Source: Octopus vulgaris (Eukaryota). From it: a stretch of 64,000 bases of DNA. A program made the position numbers and the translations under genes. The notes under the pieces are model-generated. The model was not told the origin of the DNA and ran no database searches. It was given only the letters and a program-made list of their open reading frames with translations. Below, in pieces: positions 37,844-51,932 of this stretch. The stretch covers positions 58,218,001 to 58,282,000 of the forward strand of contig OX597822.1 of NCBI GenBank assembly GCA_951406725.2, read 5' to 3'. Numbering within the stretch: the stretch's first letter is position 1; each line of letters starts with the position of its first letter.

Positions 37844-38020
37844 TGGTAAAGCATTGGGCAAAATACCTTGTAGCATTTAGTTATGGATTGTGTTTTGAGT
37901 TCAAATCTTGCTAGAATCAATTTTGCTTTTCCTTCATCCCAGATTAATAGAATAGGTACTAAGCTAGTTTTAAGGTCAATTCACTCAACTATATCCTCAC
38001 CCAAATGTGTTAGAAATCTT
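36980..38020 (+). repeat. Array of SINE B2 copies separated by (ATT)n
   Basis: Units at ~36980-37075, 37078-37350, 37561-37840 and 37845-38020. Confidence 0.8.
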
Positions 38021-38857
38021 TTATCATGTGTGGGGTGGATTTCCAGAATATACCGTCATCCTTACATACAGGCTAGTCCTTTACAGGTGCTGGTGCCACA
38101 CAAAATGCACTCATGCCACAGCTGCACAAGTGCACCCATGCTGGTGACAGTACAAGCACTCAGCACATTCTCTGAAGTTGTTGGCATTAGGAAGAGCATC
38201 CATCTATAGAAACCAATCCACAATAGACAATTGGAGTCTTGACAGCTTCCTGGCCAGCCAGCTCCTGTCAAACTACCACTATTTGACAACTACTGTTGGT
38301 GTGTTTACACCCCAGTAACTTAGCGATTCATCAAAAATGACTGATAGAATAAGTACCAGGCTTAAAAAGATAAACACTGGGACCGATTTGTTCAACTAAA
38401 ATTCTTCAAGGTGGTGCCCCAGCATGGCCACAGTCTAATAACAGAAACAAGTAAAAGATAAAAGGCATGATTATGGATGTGTGGTTTAGAAGTTTTCATC
38501 CCAACCACATGGTTTTGGGTTCAGTCTCACTGCATGGCAGCTTTGGCAAGGGTCTTCTAGGATAGCAGGAGCTTTATGAGAGGATTTGGCTGACAGAAAC
38601 TGAAAGAGGAAGATAAGGAGGGAGATGCCATATCTGAAGGCTGGGGAGCTAAGTGATAATAATGGTGATGGTGTTGATACTGTCTTTCATTGTTTTTCTA
38701 CATACCCTTTACAAGGACAGGATGGCCATAACTAGAATGAATATCATTGCTTATAGATCTCAATCAAACATGACCAGGGGCTGAACAACAACAAATTAGA
38801 TCCTACTTCAAAGTTCTTTCACCATTTCCAACATAATGGAATGTGGCTAACCAGTTG

Positions 38858-38895
<38 letters not shown>

Positions 38896-39374
38896 TAGTA
38901 GTCGTCGAAGCAGCAGCAGCAGCAGAAGTAGCAGCACAGTATCCCAGCAGCAGTGGAAGCTGTGGTGGTGGTGGAACTGGTGGGTACAACAGTAGCACCA
39001 ATAGGGGGAAAATGCTATTTAATATTGAACTCTGGCCTACCACAGAGGTGTAAAGGTCAGAAGGTCATCAACTGACAATGAACCTTAAGAAGAAAAGAGA
39101 CTGTAAAACTATTGGAATTTGCTTTCTTTTGATACTTGTGCCTAATGTACCTTGAAGTCCTTAATATTCCTAAATGGGACTCCTGCCCCACCTAATACTT
39201 CTACTCCCACACAAAGACAAAAGAACACACACATACATTTCTCTTTGCATACTTTCTATCAAAACATTTTTCTGTTTATGCCTCTGTGTATATTCCTGGA
39301 GTGTAACACAAATTCCTATGGAGTTTGCATCCAAGTTATATTTCACAAAAGAGCATTCAATAAAAAAATATTGA

Positions 39375-40054
39375 GGTGGCTGTGTGGTAAGTAGCTTGCA
39401 TACCAACCACATGGTTCCTGGTTCATTCCCACTGCATGGCACCTTAGGCAAGTGTCTTCCTTGGGCCTTGTGAGTGGATTTGGTCGACAGAAACTGAAAG
39501 AAGCCCGTCCTATATATGTATACACACACACACATATATGTATATATGTATGTATGTGTGTATATATGTTTGTGTTTGTCCCTCCAACATCACTACACAA
39601 CTGATGCTGGTGTGTTTACATCCCCGTAACTTAGCAGTTTGGCAAAAGAAACTGATAGAATAAGTAGTAGGCTTCCAAAGATTTGATCAACTAAAGGCGG
39701 TGCTCCAGCATGGGCGTAGTCAAATGACTGAAACAAGTAAAAGAGTAAGAGTAATGAGTATATAGAATCTAGAACTAGCATATTATGTCAAATATATATG
39801 TTTATAAGTGAGTGCACACACACACACACACACACATTCTTTTATTGTTTTACTTGTTTCAGTCATTTGGTTGTGGCCATGCTGGAGCACTGCCTTTTAG
39901 TAAAAGAAATCGACCCTTGGACTTATTCTTTGTAAGCATGGTACTCATTCTATGAGTCTCTTGTGCCAAACTGCTAATTTGCAGGGATATAAACACACCA
40001 ACATTGGTTAAATGATGGTGGTTGGTACAAACAGATACAAACACACACACATAA

Positions 40055-40118
<64 letters not shown>

Positions 40119-40713
40119 GCTTCTTTCAATATATAAATTCTTTTCTTTTACTAGTCTCAGTCATTTGACTGCAGCTATGCTGGAGCACTGCCTTCAGTTG
40201 AGCAAATCAACTAAAGGGCACTTTTTGCTGAACTGCTAAGTTATGGGGAGGTAAACACACCACCATCAGTGGTCAAACGATGTTGGGGTAACAAACACAG
40301 ACACACAAACATATACACACACATACATATATATATACACATATACGACAGGCTTCTTTCAGTTTCCGTCTGCCAAATCCACTCACATGGCTTTTGTTGG
40401 CCCAAGGCTATAGTAGAAGACACTTGGCCAAGGTGCCATGTAGTGGGACTGAACCCGGAACCATGTGGTTGTTAAGCAAGCTACTTACCACACAGCCACA
40501 TTCTTTTATTTGTTTCAGTCATTTGATTGTGGTCATGCTGGAGCACCACCTTTAGTCAAACAAATCGACCCCAGGACTTATTCTTTGTGAGCCTAGCACT
40601 TATCCTATCAGTCTCTTTTCCTGAACCGCAAAGTTACGGGAACGTAAACACACCAACCATCAAGCGATGATGGACGAGACAAACACAGACACACAAACAT
40701 ATATACATACACT

Positions 40714-40752
<39 letters not shown>

Positions 40753-40870
40753 CGGGCTTCTTTCAGTTTCCGTCTACCAAATCCACTCACAAGGCTTTGG
40801 TCAGCCTGAGGCTATATTAGAAGACACTTGCCACACAACAGGACTGAACCTGGAATTATGTGGATGGATA
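39375..40870. mobile_element. Cluster of SINE A copies: one plus (39375-39750) and three minus (39845-40130, 40145-40499, 40503-40865)
   Basis: Head and tail motifs read in both orientations. Confidence 0.82.
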
Positions 40871-40892
40871 TATATATATATATATATATACA

Positions 40893-41670
40893 CATCATCA
40901 TCATCATCGATTAACGTTTGTTTTTTCCATGCTGGCATGGGTTGGACGGTTTGACTGAGGTCTGGAGAGCCAGCAGCTGCACTAGGCTCCAATCTGACCT
41001 GCAATGTTTCTACAGCTCGATGCCCTTCCTAAAGCCAACCACTTCGAGAGTGTAGTGGGTGCTCTTTACATGCCACCAGCACAGGGGCCAGTCAGGCGGG
41101 CCTGGCATCGATCACATTCAGATGGTGCTTTTTACGTGCCACCCGCACGGGGGGCAGTCAGGAGGTACTGGCATCAGCCACATTCGGATAGTGCTTTTTA
41201 TGTGCCAGTTAGGGAATACTGGCATCGGCCATGTTTGGACGGTACTTTTTATGTGCTACTAGCATGGGAACCAGTTAGGGGGCACTGGCCACAGCTACAA
41301 TTTTGGTTTTATTTGAATCAACAGGTCTTCTCAAGCATATCACCCAATGCATCAGGGGTACTCTTAACTGAGATGGACATGCATGGCTTGAACTCACTTG
41401 AGTTGCTGGGTCTTCATCATCATCATCATCATCATGACGTTTAACGTCTGTTTTTCGTGCTAGCATGGGTTGGACGGTTCGACCGGGGTCTGGGAAGCCA
41501 GGAGGCCGCACCAGGCTCCAGTCTGATCTGGCAGTGTTTCTACAGCTGAATGCCCTTCCTAATGCCAACCACTCCGTGAGTGTAGTGGCTCCTTTTTACA
41601 TGCCACTGGCACAGGTGCCAGGGGAGGCTGGCAGCGGCCATGATCGGTGGTGCTTTTTACATGCCACCGG
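40893..41670 (-). mobile_element. Two tandem RTE-type 3' ends with internal ~50-bp repeats
   Basis: (CAT)n tails at 40893 and 41416; GGTGCTTTTTACGTGCCACC-type unit repeated about 5 times in 41058-41290. Confidence 0.75.
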
Positions 41671-42732
41671 CATGTGGTGCTTCTCAACTGCATAGTTCTG
41701 GGTTTACTCCCTCTGCATGGTACCTTGGGCAAGTGTCACGTGTGTGTTTGTCTTCCACTGCTTGACAACCACTGTTGGTGTTTTTATCTCCCTGTAACTT
41801 AATAGTTCAGTAAAAGAGTTCAATAAAATAAATACTAGGCTTTAAAAAACAAAGTCCTGGGGTTGACTAGTTCGACTAAAACCCTTCAAGGTAGTGCCCC
41901 AACATGGCCATCATCAAATGACTGAAACAAGTAAAATATGTATATGTGTGCATGTGTGTGTGAGGTTTCTTGCCATAGAAAACCAGCCTCAACAAATACT
42001 GTCTAACCCATACAAGCATGGAAAAGTAGACAGTAAATGGATGATGATGATGATGATGATGATGACCAAAGCCCCAACAAAGCTTCTGTCCTCATCCCAA
42101 CTGTGCTGCACAACTCAAATATCAACACTAGATATTTTCTCAGTCTTTCTTCCTCTTCAGGAAATTTTGAAATCCCCTCCCTGTCCCATATTTCCCATAT
42201 AGGTCATCAACCTGCAGATGTTAAGGTTGTAAATCAACTTCAACAACCCCCTGCCGACCAGGACCAGTCTCAGAAGGCCTGCAATATGTCAAGGGCACAG
42301 ACACTTTCCTTCCATTGAAGAAAACATCACACACAGAATGCATGAGTTAGCCTCTACATGGTCACTCAGACTGCTAGAAGGAGCAGTCAAATGCTCCTCA
42401 AATCAAACTCGACCTTTAGAAACAAGAAAGAAATCATTGATTATATTTAATCATGTCTGAGCAACAACATCACTCAACACACTGCTGTAAATAACAATAC
42501 ATATTAAAAATAACATAGATTCTTCTGTTCCACCAACAATTCCAACATGGAAGCCTCTATATGGCTACTTTGTCTACTAGAAATAGCAACCAAATCATTT
42601 CAAATCACATCTTACTGTCTTTAAAAAGAGGACACAATCCAACTGTACATCATTTTAATTGGATATCTTCTACTCTAGCTTTAGACTGACCGATGTATTT
42701 TGAGTGAAATTAGAACACAGAAACTAAAATGG

Positions 42733-42862
<130 letters not shown>

Positions 42863-44733
42863 GGAGTTAGATTCCCTGTTAATAAATTCATATGCAAACT
42901 GCACTTTAGATGTGTGAACTGAGAAATCCCTTACTTGCAAAATAGATAAGGGTTAGCAACAGGAAGGGCATCAAGCTGTAAAAACAAAAAGCATTCGGGT
43001 GCGATTTCTAACAGGTTTAGTTATCTTATAGTGGATCCCTTGTTGGTTCATTTCTTGTTTGCTATGGTGTAGCAAGTTCTATGGCATACATGTAGTTGAC
43101 GAAAATGACAAGGTGCAACCCACAGACCTATCTTCCTGTCAATCTGGGAATGAAACTGCACAATGCAACATGCAGTGATGAATTATATGGAATATAGTGT
43201 GACAATCTGGAACACGTACACTTTCGGCTGTGAAACACCCATACATTCTGGTAGTGGGTACAGTGGAAGCAAGAAAGGTGAATTTGGATGAGCCAGATTA
43301 TTACTGCACTTACTGTGCATCTCATGTTTAGGGTGTAATCATCATTTTAACATCCATTTTGTCATACTTGTATGAGTCAGTTAAAATTTTTTTTTTTTTT
43401 TTTTGTTGAGATGCAGTTTTTCTACAGTTGGACATTTTTCCTGCTGCTAATCCTCACCTGTTCCCAAGCATGGTAATATTATTTCCCCAAGGACTGATGT
43501 GTTTTTTAAGGAAGACTGGAAAGGAACGTCACATATATGATAGAGGTCTTCATTTACAACCATCATGTGATGTCAAGAGAAAGGTACACACACATTTACC
43601 CACACACATTTAGCCAACACATGCCAACATGGACATTAAAAGATGATGATGATATATATGTATATATCATCATCATCATCATCATCATTGTTTAACGTCC
43701 ACTTTCCATGCTAGCATGGGTTGGACGATTTGATTGCGGGCTGGCAAACCAGATGGCTGCACCAGACTCCAATCTTGATCTGGCAATGTTTCTGCAGCTG
43801 GATGCCTTTCCTAACGCCAACCACTCTGAGAGTGTAGTGGGTGCTTTTATGTGCCACCAGCACAAGTGCCAGTAAGGTGACGCTGGTAATGATCACACTT
43901 GAATGGTGCCTTTTACGTGCCACCGGCACAGAAGCCAGTTAGCCATTCTGGCAAACATGGTTTGAAAGCAAGCTTTTTACATAGTCATGTCTCATCATCA
44001 TCATCATTGTTTAACGTCCACTTTCCATGTTGTCTGAGTTGAATAGGAGAGACAGTGTTTTTAGTGATATTTGTACGTGTATGAAACATTTTATTTATAC
44101 ATGACAGGGAATAGGAAAACCAAAGTTTACTACATGACAAAATTTTGGCCTAACCTAGTATTTGAAGATTTAGCTGCAGTATTTTGTAGGTCAAGAATAG
44201 TAATTGAAGAAAATTTCGCTGCAATGTCTTGCAGGATAAGACTTCCTCATTTTTTGTTAAATTAACCTGAAGAAGAAAGCAGTGTTCACAGTTCTCGTTA
44301 GCTCTCCAAGACCAGTGAGGTCAATATAGTTATACTGTTTAGCTTCAATGATGCTTGATGGGGTTACAGTAGGAGTTATATAGAAGAAAAAAATGGATTA
44401 GGTTGATGCTTTGTCCTATTTCATGGAATTAAGTGGATAAGGGACAACTCATACCCTGGAGAGTCTGCTAGCCTCCTGCAGGTGATATTCCCCAAACAGA
44501 TGATACACTACAGTTTGATGGTGGTGATGGCAGCAGTGTTGAGATTAACTGTTGAAAGCAGAATAAAACAATTCTTAAAGGTAACTTATATATTATTTTA
44601 GTATAGTAATGAATATATTCACAGTACCCCATAGGTGTAACAAGTACTCATTTGAATTTTGGTCTTTCCAGTCCCATACAGTAAAATTATATATTTGTTG
44701 TTGTTATTCTATATACAGAAAACATTAAAGACA

Positions 44734-44848
44734 TCTGTTGTGTCTGGGGAGAGTCATTTTCTTTTTGTGCCTTATAATGTAACACACTCATCGGTAAATT
44801 TCCATTATAAGGCACAAAAAGAAAATTACTCTCCCCAGACACAACAGA
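44734..44848. repeat. Inverted repeat: 46-bp arms (1 mismatch), 23-bp spacer
   Basis: tctgttgtgtctggggagagtcattttctttttgtgccttataatg / cattataaggcacaaaaagaaaattactctccccagacacaacaga. Confidence 0.93.
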
Positions 44849-44938
44849 ATATGCTTCAACACACAAACTCATATAAAGAATCTTGCAAACCAAATCCCAA
44901 AACGAAATATTAGACATCATCAGTCACCATTGCTTTAA

Positions 44939-45150
44939 CCCTTTAACATTGAAACCAGCCACATTCAGCCCAAATATTCTACTTATTTTATGTTCAAACC
45001 AGCTAGATCCAGCCTCTCACACTTACCCTACATCATTCTGAAATAAACAATCAAATCATTGAAATATTTTAGCCACAAAATAATGCATGATTAATTCAAA
45101 GCAATGTGATTAAACATTATATTTGGCAGACTTATCTGAATGCTAAAGGG
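44939..45150. mobile_element. piggyBac-type MITE (212 bp)
   Basis: TTAA|CCCTTTAACATT...AATGCTAAAGGG|TTAA; related copies at 27520-27943 and ~53810-53983. Confidence 0.82.
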
Positions 45151-45151
45151 T

Positions 45152-45527
45152 TAATGTTACCTTTTCCATTCTTGCATAGGTCAGACAAAGTTTATAGAGA
45201 CAAACTTTCTTCAATCACATGCCATTCCTGTTGCCATTACTTGAAGGCTGGTGACAGGTAATATTCCTCCTTGTTCTCAGACATGTTCTCACAGGATAAT
45301 AGAACCCAGTGACACTCATTTACAACTATCATGCAATATCGAGAGAGAGACACACACACACACACATGATTGGCTTCTTTCAGTTTCTGTTTACTAAATC
45401 CACTCAAAAGGATTTGGTTGGCCTGGAGCTATGGTAGAAGACACTTGCCCAAGGTAACAAGCAGTGGGACTGGACCTGAAACCATGTGGTGGAGAGCAAA
45501 CATCTCAACCACACAGCCAAGCCTGCA
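45152..45527 (-). mobile_element. SINE with family A head and RTE-like tail
   Basis: rc head accacacagccaagcctgc; rc tail ttaatgttaccttttccattcttgcatagg. Confidence 0.7.
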
Positions 45528-46457
45528 TATATAAACAAAAACAATAATAAAAGTAGAGTATGTGCTCACTTTCTCTCTCTCTCACACACACATACCCACA
45601 GATGTGTATCCATAGCAAACAGACTCATTGTGACACTGTGTAACATGGTTGGTTCATTTGAACTGTAGGTGCACTGCATCCAACACAGTTTCCAGCTTCT
45701 CTTTGCTCAATTTCATTCACAAGGCTTAGTCTTAGTAAAATGGCATGTAACCACCTTACATACAAATATGTATTCTTTGATTCTTTTACTCATTTCAGCA
45801 ACTGGACTGTGGCCATACTGCAGCACTACTTTGAATAATTCGGTTGATCAGTTTAAGTCTTAGTTTTTTTTAATTGTTTTCAAAGGAATAAGAAACATCT
45901 AGCTTGCAAACAATATTTGTCTACCAAATTCACTCATAAAATATTGGTTAACCCAGGGCCATTGTAGAAGACATCCAAAGAGCCAAACAATGGGACTGAA
46001 CCTGAAATCATGTAGCTGCAAAGACAACTTCTTAACCATACAGCCATAAATAGATAAATGTGTGTGTGTGTGTGTGTGTAAGTGTAGTGTATGTGTGCAC
46101 ATAGCTACAAACCTACGCATGAATCTATGCAAATATATATGTATATGTTCTTTAATTAAGTTGGAACTATTTGTTAGAAGCATTTTCACATATATATATA
46201 CCTGTATGGAATGATCGTCTGCAAGAATTAAACTTCTTATATATTTTAACAACTTGTCTCCTCCATTTTTAACTTAATTGATGAGTTTTATGGGTCTTCA
46301 TTCCATAAATTCACCATATATTATATACAAGTACTACTTCTATATCTTTGCAAATTTACACCTGTAAACTCCCAGCAAAGTATGAAGAATCAATATTAGA
46401 AATCTTTTTTGGGAAACCGCCAAATTAAAAGACAAATCCACATTCAATCTTTATACA

Positions 46458-46511
<54 letters not shown>

Positions 46512-47392
46512 TATATATATTTAAATACAAACACACTCATGAGCCTGGGTACATACACACATAAAACCATACACACACAGGGTAACCTATACAAACAAAC
46601 ACCCACACATGAACAGTATTCACCCATGGCTTGCATGCAATTCATCAACAAAACTTATCAGAAGTCATTTGTAATTCATTTGAAATAGTAATTATATATT
46701 TTTACTGATTAGAGTAGTAAAGAGGGAAAAAAACCTCACACCACCACCACCACTATCATTACCATCTCCACCACCCTGTTGCTCAATTCATCCTGGGCCA
46801 AATGGTTCTAACAGTTGTAGGTGTAGCTGGATTGAGAGTATAATAAAATCATACAATTAACATTCCACACATAGCTTCTGTTAATGACATAGCAGTCTTT
46901 TACTATTGACAAACAGACAGACATCAATGAGGTTGGCAGAGAGAAGGGTAAGGGGCTGTAACTCATATAATGAATAAAAAACATTAACCTTTCTCACAAC
47001 TGGCCTTCCTGCAGGGGACCAAGGTTCAACTTTTGGCATGGGAAACCAAACCACACTGGCACAGCAGACTGGCATGAAGTGTTAAAATAATATCAATATC
47101 TTCATTGTTTTAATGTTCACTTTTCCAGGCATGCATGGGTCAGACAGAATTTGGTGAGGCAGATTTTTGGCAGTCTGACTGATACCCTTCCTGTTGCCAA
47201 TCCTCAGATATTTCCAGGTATATCAATAGTTCCCCTGTACTTAATAAGACACATCAAGCTAAGTAAAATCACTGTCTTCCACATATACAGGCATGTTCTT
47301 CAGGTGCTGGTGTCATCCAAACAAGAACCAGTGCCAGTACTGTGTTAATACACCCAAGCCAGTGGCATGTAAAAAGAACCCAGCAGAATCTG

Positions 47393-47628
47393 AAAAAGGT
47401 GACAAGTTGGCAGAAATGTTAGCACACCAGACAAATTGCTCAGCAGCATATTGTCTGTCTTTACGCTCTGAGTTCAAATTCTGCCGAAGTCGACTTTGCC
47501 TTTCATCCTTTCGGGGTCGATAAATTAAGTACCAGTTATGCACTGGGGTCGATGTAATCGACTTAATCTCATTGTCTGTCATTGTTTGTCCTCTCTATGT
47601 TTAGCCCCTTGTGGGCAATAAAGAAATA
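47393..47628 (+). mobile_element. SINE B1 nested in an RTE-type 3' end
   Basis: TSD agaatctg at 47385-47392 and 47629-47636; the host continues gtggttggcattaggaagggcatc. Confidence 0.82.
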
Positions 47629-49364
47629 AGAATCTGTTAAGTGGTTGGCATTAGGAAGGGCATCAAGCCATAGAAACCATGCCACAACAGACTGTTGGAA
47701 TCTGGACAGCTCCATGTTAAACAGTCTAACCCATGCCAGCATGGAAAGAGGATGCTAAACAATGATGAAAAAATGAATGACATTACTTTGTATAACAGAC
47801 ACACCTGTTTATAGCTATCACAGAATATCAGGGTAAGGAAACAGTAACACACACACACTAATGGGCTTGTTTTTTATTCAGTTATGATAAAAACAATTTT
47901 GATGGGTTACTCTATACTTTTGTAAAGTACAAAATTATTATTCTTATACAAAAATGTTGACAGTAACCTTGAAGTTTTGACCAGCTAAGGCCATGTTAAC
48001 AGGCTTCTTTCAGTGTCTCCCTAGCAAAGTTACTCAAAATGCATTGTTTAATCTGAAGTGGGATTTCTTCTGATTCCTTATATACATTCTGTGTTCAAAT
48101 TTTGCCACAGTCAGCTTTGCTTTTCATCCATTTGTGGGGTGGGTGGGAGTAAAATAAAGTACCCATCAATATTGGAATCAATGTAGTTGACTGAAAAATT
48201 GTTGACCTTGTGCCGAAATGTGAAATCATTATTAGAACTAGATGTGGTTACTATCATCATCATTACATCTGAACAAGGAAATTGCTAACAATTATCTTCT
48301 AATCTACAGAACTGCCACTTTCTGAACATCATCATCATCATCATAACTAGGAGAGAACTAGAGTTGGAAGCATCATCATATCAACAATTCTAATAAAGTC
48401 CAATTCATCATCATCATCACTATCATGATTGTTTAACATCTGTTTTCCATATTGACACGGGTTGGATAGTTTGGCAGGAGGTGGCCATCTGGAAGGCTGC
48501 ACCAGGCTCCAGTCATCTGTTTTAGCATGGTTTCTATAACTGGATGCCCTTTCTGTTGCCAACCAAGTTACAGAGTGTACTAGGTGCCTTTTATGTGGTG
48601 TTAGCACATGCTGATGCATACTTACCAAAACTCATTGTTATTGTTCTTTAACCTGAGGTTAGTGCTTATCAAGTTGACTTATTATCACAGACTTTCAAGC
48701 TAATCCCTGTCATCACTTTCCCTTTGAGAACCCAAACTATCATCATCATCTACCAACTCATCACAATGATTCTTACTGTCCTTTCTCACATGATAGGGGT
48801 TTTTTTTTTTTCCAACAACGAATGTGCAGTGCCCTGAACATTTTCACAGTCCCCTAGATAGGAGGGAGGAAAATATTTCCAGGCTTGAAAGCTGGTTTGA
48901 ATGTTTACAGACTAGATTCTGCTAAGGGTGACACTCTTAAGTCTGCCACACCCACATTGTTAAAAATATTATATTTCAAACACACATGGTTCCCCTAGTG
49001 GTTGCAAGGGAGAAAATCATTTCTTTATAACATTTGGTGGGATTACAAATTTAAATCTGAAATTAAAGAATTATAAAGAAAAAGCTGCATAGAATTCACA
49101 TATTTGTTTATTTTTGTTTATTATACTTGTTATGTAGTTCTATGATTTATCAACCAGGCAGAAAATACAGCAGCAGAAGTTGGCTCCATCCAATGGTAGC
49201 CTGCATTAGCATAGAAAAAAACCCATTTAATCATAAGTAATTTATATATTTGTATTTTTGTTTCTTTTTTTTAATGTTAATTTTTATTTTCTAAACATTC
49301 TGTAAAGAAACTAAAGACATATTTAGAATTTGGAGCTAATACACACAGAAGTTGATTAAATTAA

Positions 49365-49418
<54 letters not shown>

Positions 49419-49426
49419 GACATATG

Positions 49427-49471
<45 letters not shown>

Positions 49472-49994
49472 ACAGAGATATATGATCCATTGCATAAACT
49501 AATGCTAGCTGGCTGTGTGTGTGTGTAGAAACCTGTTGAATTAATTAATCTCTCAGCTTTGTTATTCTTTACTTCATGAGGGCCTCAAAGAGCAATGGGC
49601 TCTGTTTAAGCTCTTTAGAAGTAAATATGTAAATATTAGCAATCAGTGTAAGTGTTTGTAATTGGAAAAGAAACTTTACCAGAGACCACAACAATGAAGT
49701 GTTATGACTTCAGGCAAAAAAAACAAAAAAGTACAATAGCCTTCCCCTACAAGTAAAATAATCTTTCTTCCTGAAAAATAGCTAAACATTTTGCACTTAA
49801 GAGGGTAGATTGTATAACACTGGGGTTGTATTATATTCAATGTATTGAAGGCTGAGAGACAATTCAGACAGGATTGAAATAAGATTAACTTTTATGTTTG
49901 TATGTGTTTAACAATCTATTTATTAAATAGATAAAACATGCTTATATTTAAACAAACCACTGTGGTAGAAATAAAGGGTATATGAAAGAGTACT

Positions 49995-50049
49995 GGCTGC
50001 TCAAACTGTTATCTTATTTCATATATGAAAGACAACAGTTTGAGCAGCC
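49995..50049. other. 55-nt hairpin with a perfect 16-bp basal stem
   Basis: GGCTGCTCAAACTGTT...AACAGTTTGAGCAGCC with inner TTTCAT-AT-ATGAAA. Confidence 0.85.
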
Positions 50050-50587
50050 TTTTGGGCAACACATTTGATGTTGTGTTGAAGATAACAGTCTGAGCAACTA
50101 TTTGAACAACACATTGATGTATTGCTTAAATGTAAATGAGCATCTCCTATTTCTTACTAGACTGTCAGCATTATCACCATATAAAGTCCACTTTTCCACA
50201 CTTGCATGCATCAGACAAAATTTGTTGAGGCAAATTTTCTAAGGCCAAGTGGTCTTCCTGTTGTCAACCCTCATTTGTTTACAAGGATGGATATATTTCT
50301 CCATGGTCAGACATGTTTTTCATGGAAGACTGGGAATGAACAACATTACTTGTATGATGATGATGATGATGCTTGTTTGTACACATCACATGATGTCAAG
50401 ACATGGGTATGCACAAACACACATGCATAAAATTGGACAGGCAGTGACATTTTATGGATTATGTAGAAAGCAAGGATTTTCACTGACAAATTTGTTTATC
50501 CAAATTTGACTCCTTTAAGAGTGCTTAAAACATATTTGCCTGGATTTTTAATCCCTTTTCTTTTGATATATATATATATATATATAT

Positions 50588-50925
50588 AGGCATGGCTGTA
50601 TGGTAAAGACATTTGCTTCCCCACCATGTGGTTGCAGGTTCAGTCCCACAGTGTGGTATCTTGGGCAAGTGTCTTCTACTATAGTCTCAGGCCAACCAAA
50701 GCCTTCTGCGTGAATTTAGTAGATGGAAACTGAAAGAAGCCCATCATATATACATATATATTTATGTGAGTGTGTGGGTCTTTGTGTTTGTGTTTGTCTC
50801 CACATCATTGCTTGATAAGAAGACATCCTGGGGTTGATTTCTCCAATTAAAAAAACCCTTTTAAGGTGGTGCTCCAGCATGGTTGCAGTCAAATGACTGA
50901 AACAAGTAAAAGAATAAAATAAAAG
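50588..50925 (+). mobile_element. SINE family A (internally deleted)
   Basis: Head and tail present; middle segment missing. Confidence 0.78.
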
Positions 50926-51641
50926 ATATTTTTATCATGATGTTTTAAGTGGTGGGTTGTAGCTCCATTTTTCCTGTATAACTTTTGCCTATCATTTTTG
51001 AAACTTGAATAAATTTTACCTCTTTTTGACATATGGCGATGGAGTGCCAAACAGAAAAAAAAAAATGAACATTTTTGACACTTGTTTCTCTTTGCTTTCA
51101 GTCAAAGTTCTAAAGCTCCTAAAGCCTCCCAAGATATTTGTTCTGTGTATGATGAAGGCACTACTACTAAAATAGTAGTATTGAAATGCTTCAAGAAAGG
51201 AAAGTTTGGCCTCACATACTCTGCATTTCAACCAACCTGTTCAGTTCAATGAGAAACAACTGAATGAGCTCATCCACACAGATCTGTGCCAATCCACAAG
51301 AGAACTGACCCAGCAAATAGGAAGCTATCAATCTACTAATACCTATCGAATTCATTTGATAGGTTAAAGACCAAAAACTCAGTGCATGGGTTGCCACATG
51401 CTCTGAACAAAAGAGACAAACTCCAACAATCCTTTATTAGCACTGGTTTGCTCACTTGACACCAAGCTATTCATGGTAAAACAGGAATTCCTTTACCTCT
51501 CTGTCACCAGCAATGGAAAACAGTGTCTTTGTACCAGTATGAAGCAGATAAAAGAGTGACCAAAGTCCTAACATGCAAGCAACACCTCAAGCCAAGTCAG
51601 AGCTGCATGCAAAACACAATGCAGTCAAATATCCATTAAAA

Positions 51642-51932
51642 CAGTGGTCCTATATGGCCCTGAGGATCCATATAAGATTTTTGGGGATCCAAACAACAAA
51701 ACAGTAAATTGGAGATCTACAATAGTATTTTAAGGGCCCCTGAAAAAAATTTTGAGTTTGATATATGTATTGGTATGTATTGCAAGAGACAGATAAGTTT
51801 CTTTCTTTAATGTTTTACATAGTTCAACTTACAAGGGTTGAAAAACAAAATTGGATGGCTATGGGAACCTACCAGAATAAAATAGTAATCAAAGGAGTCT
51901 ATAGATAAAAAAAAAATGGTTGATAACCCCTG
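51642..51932. mobile_element. hAT-type MITE
   Basis: Termini CAGTGGT... / ...GGTTGATAACCCCTG; imperfect 8-bp TSD cattaaaa / cactaaag. Confidence 0.6.

Noticed and set aside
38858-39000. (GCA)n/(GTA)n/(GGT)n tract that looks like poly-Ser/Gly coding
   Set aside because: Compound trinucleotide SSR without splice sites or flanking coding signal.
41058-41290. Regularly spaced repeats superficially like a CRISPR array (also 35130-35290)
   Set aside because: Eukaryotic context, the 'spacers' are similar to each other, no cas genes; these are internal repeats of an RTE 3' UTR.
42520-42550. Minus-strand VGIVGGTEE resembling TRIT1 IVVGGTNYY
   Set aside because: The motif diverges immediately (no NYYIE..L) and I see no convincing exon boundaries.
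44155-44270. Possible minus-strand exon (acceptor ctttcttcttcag, ~112-nt open frame)
   Set aside because: Weak donor, phase-1 exit incompatible with the phase-0 acceptor at 28097, and no homology.
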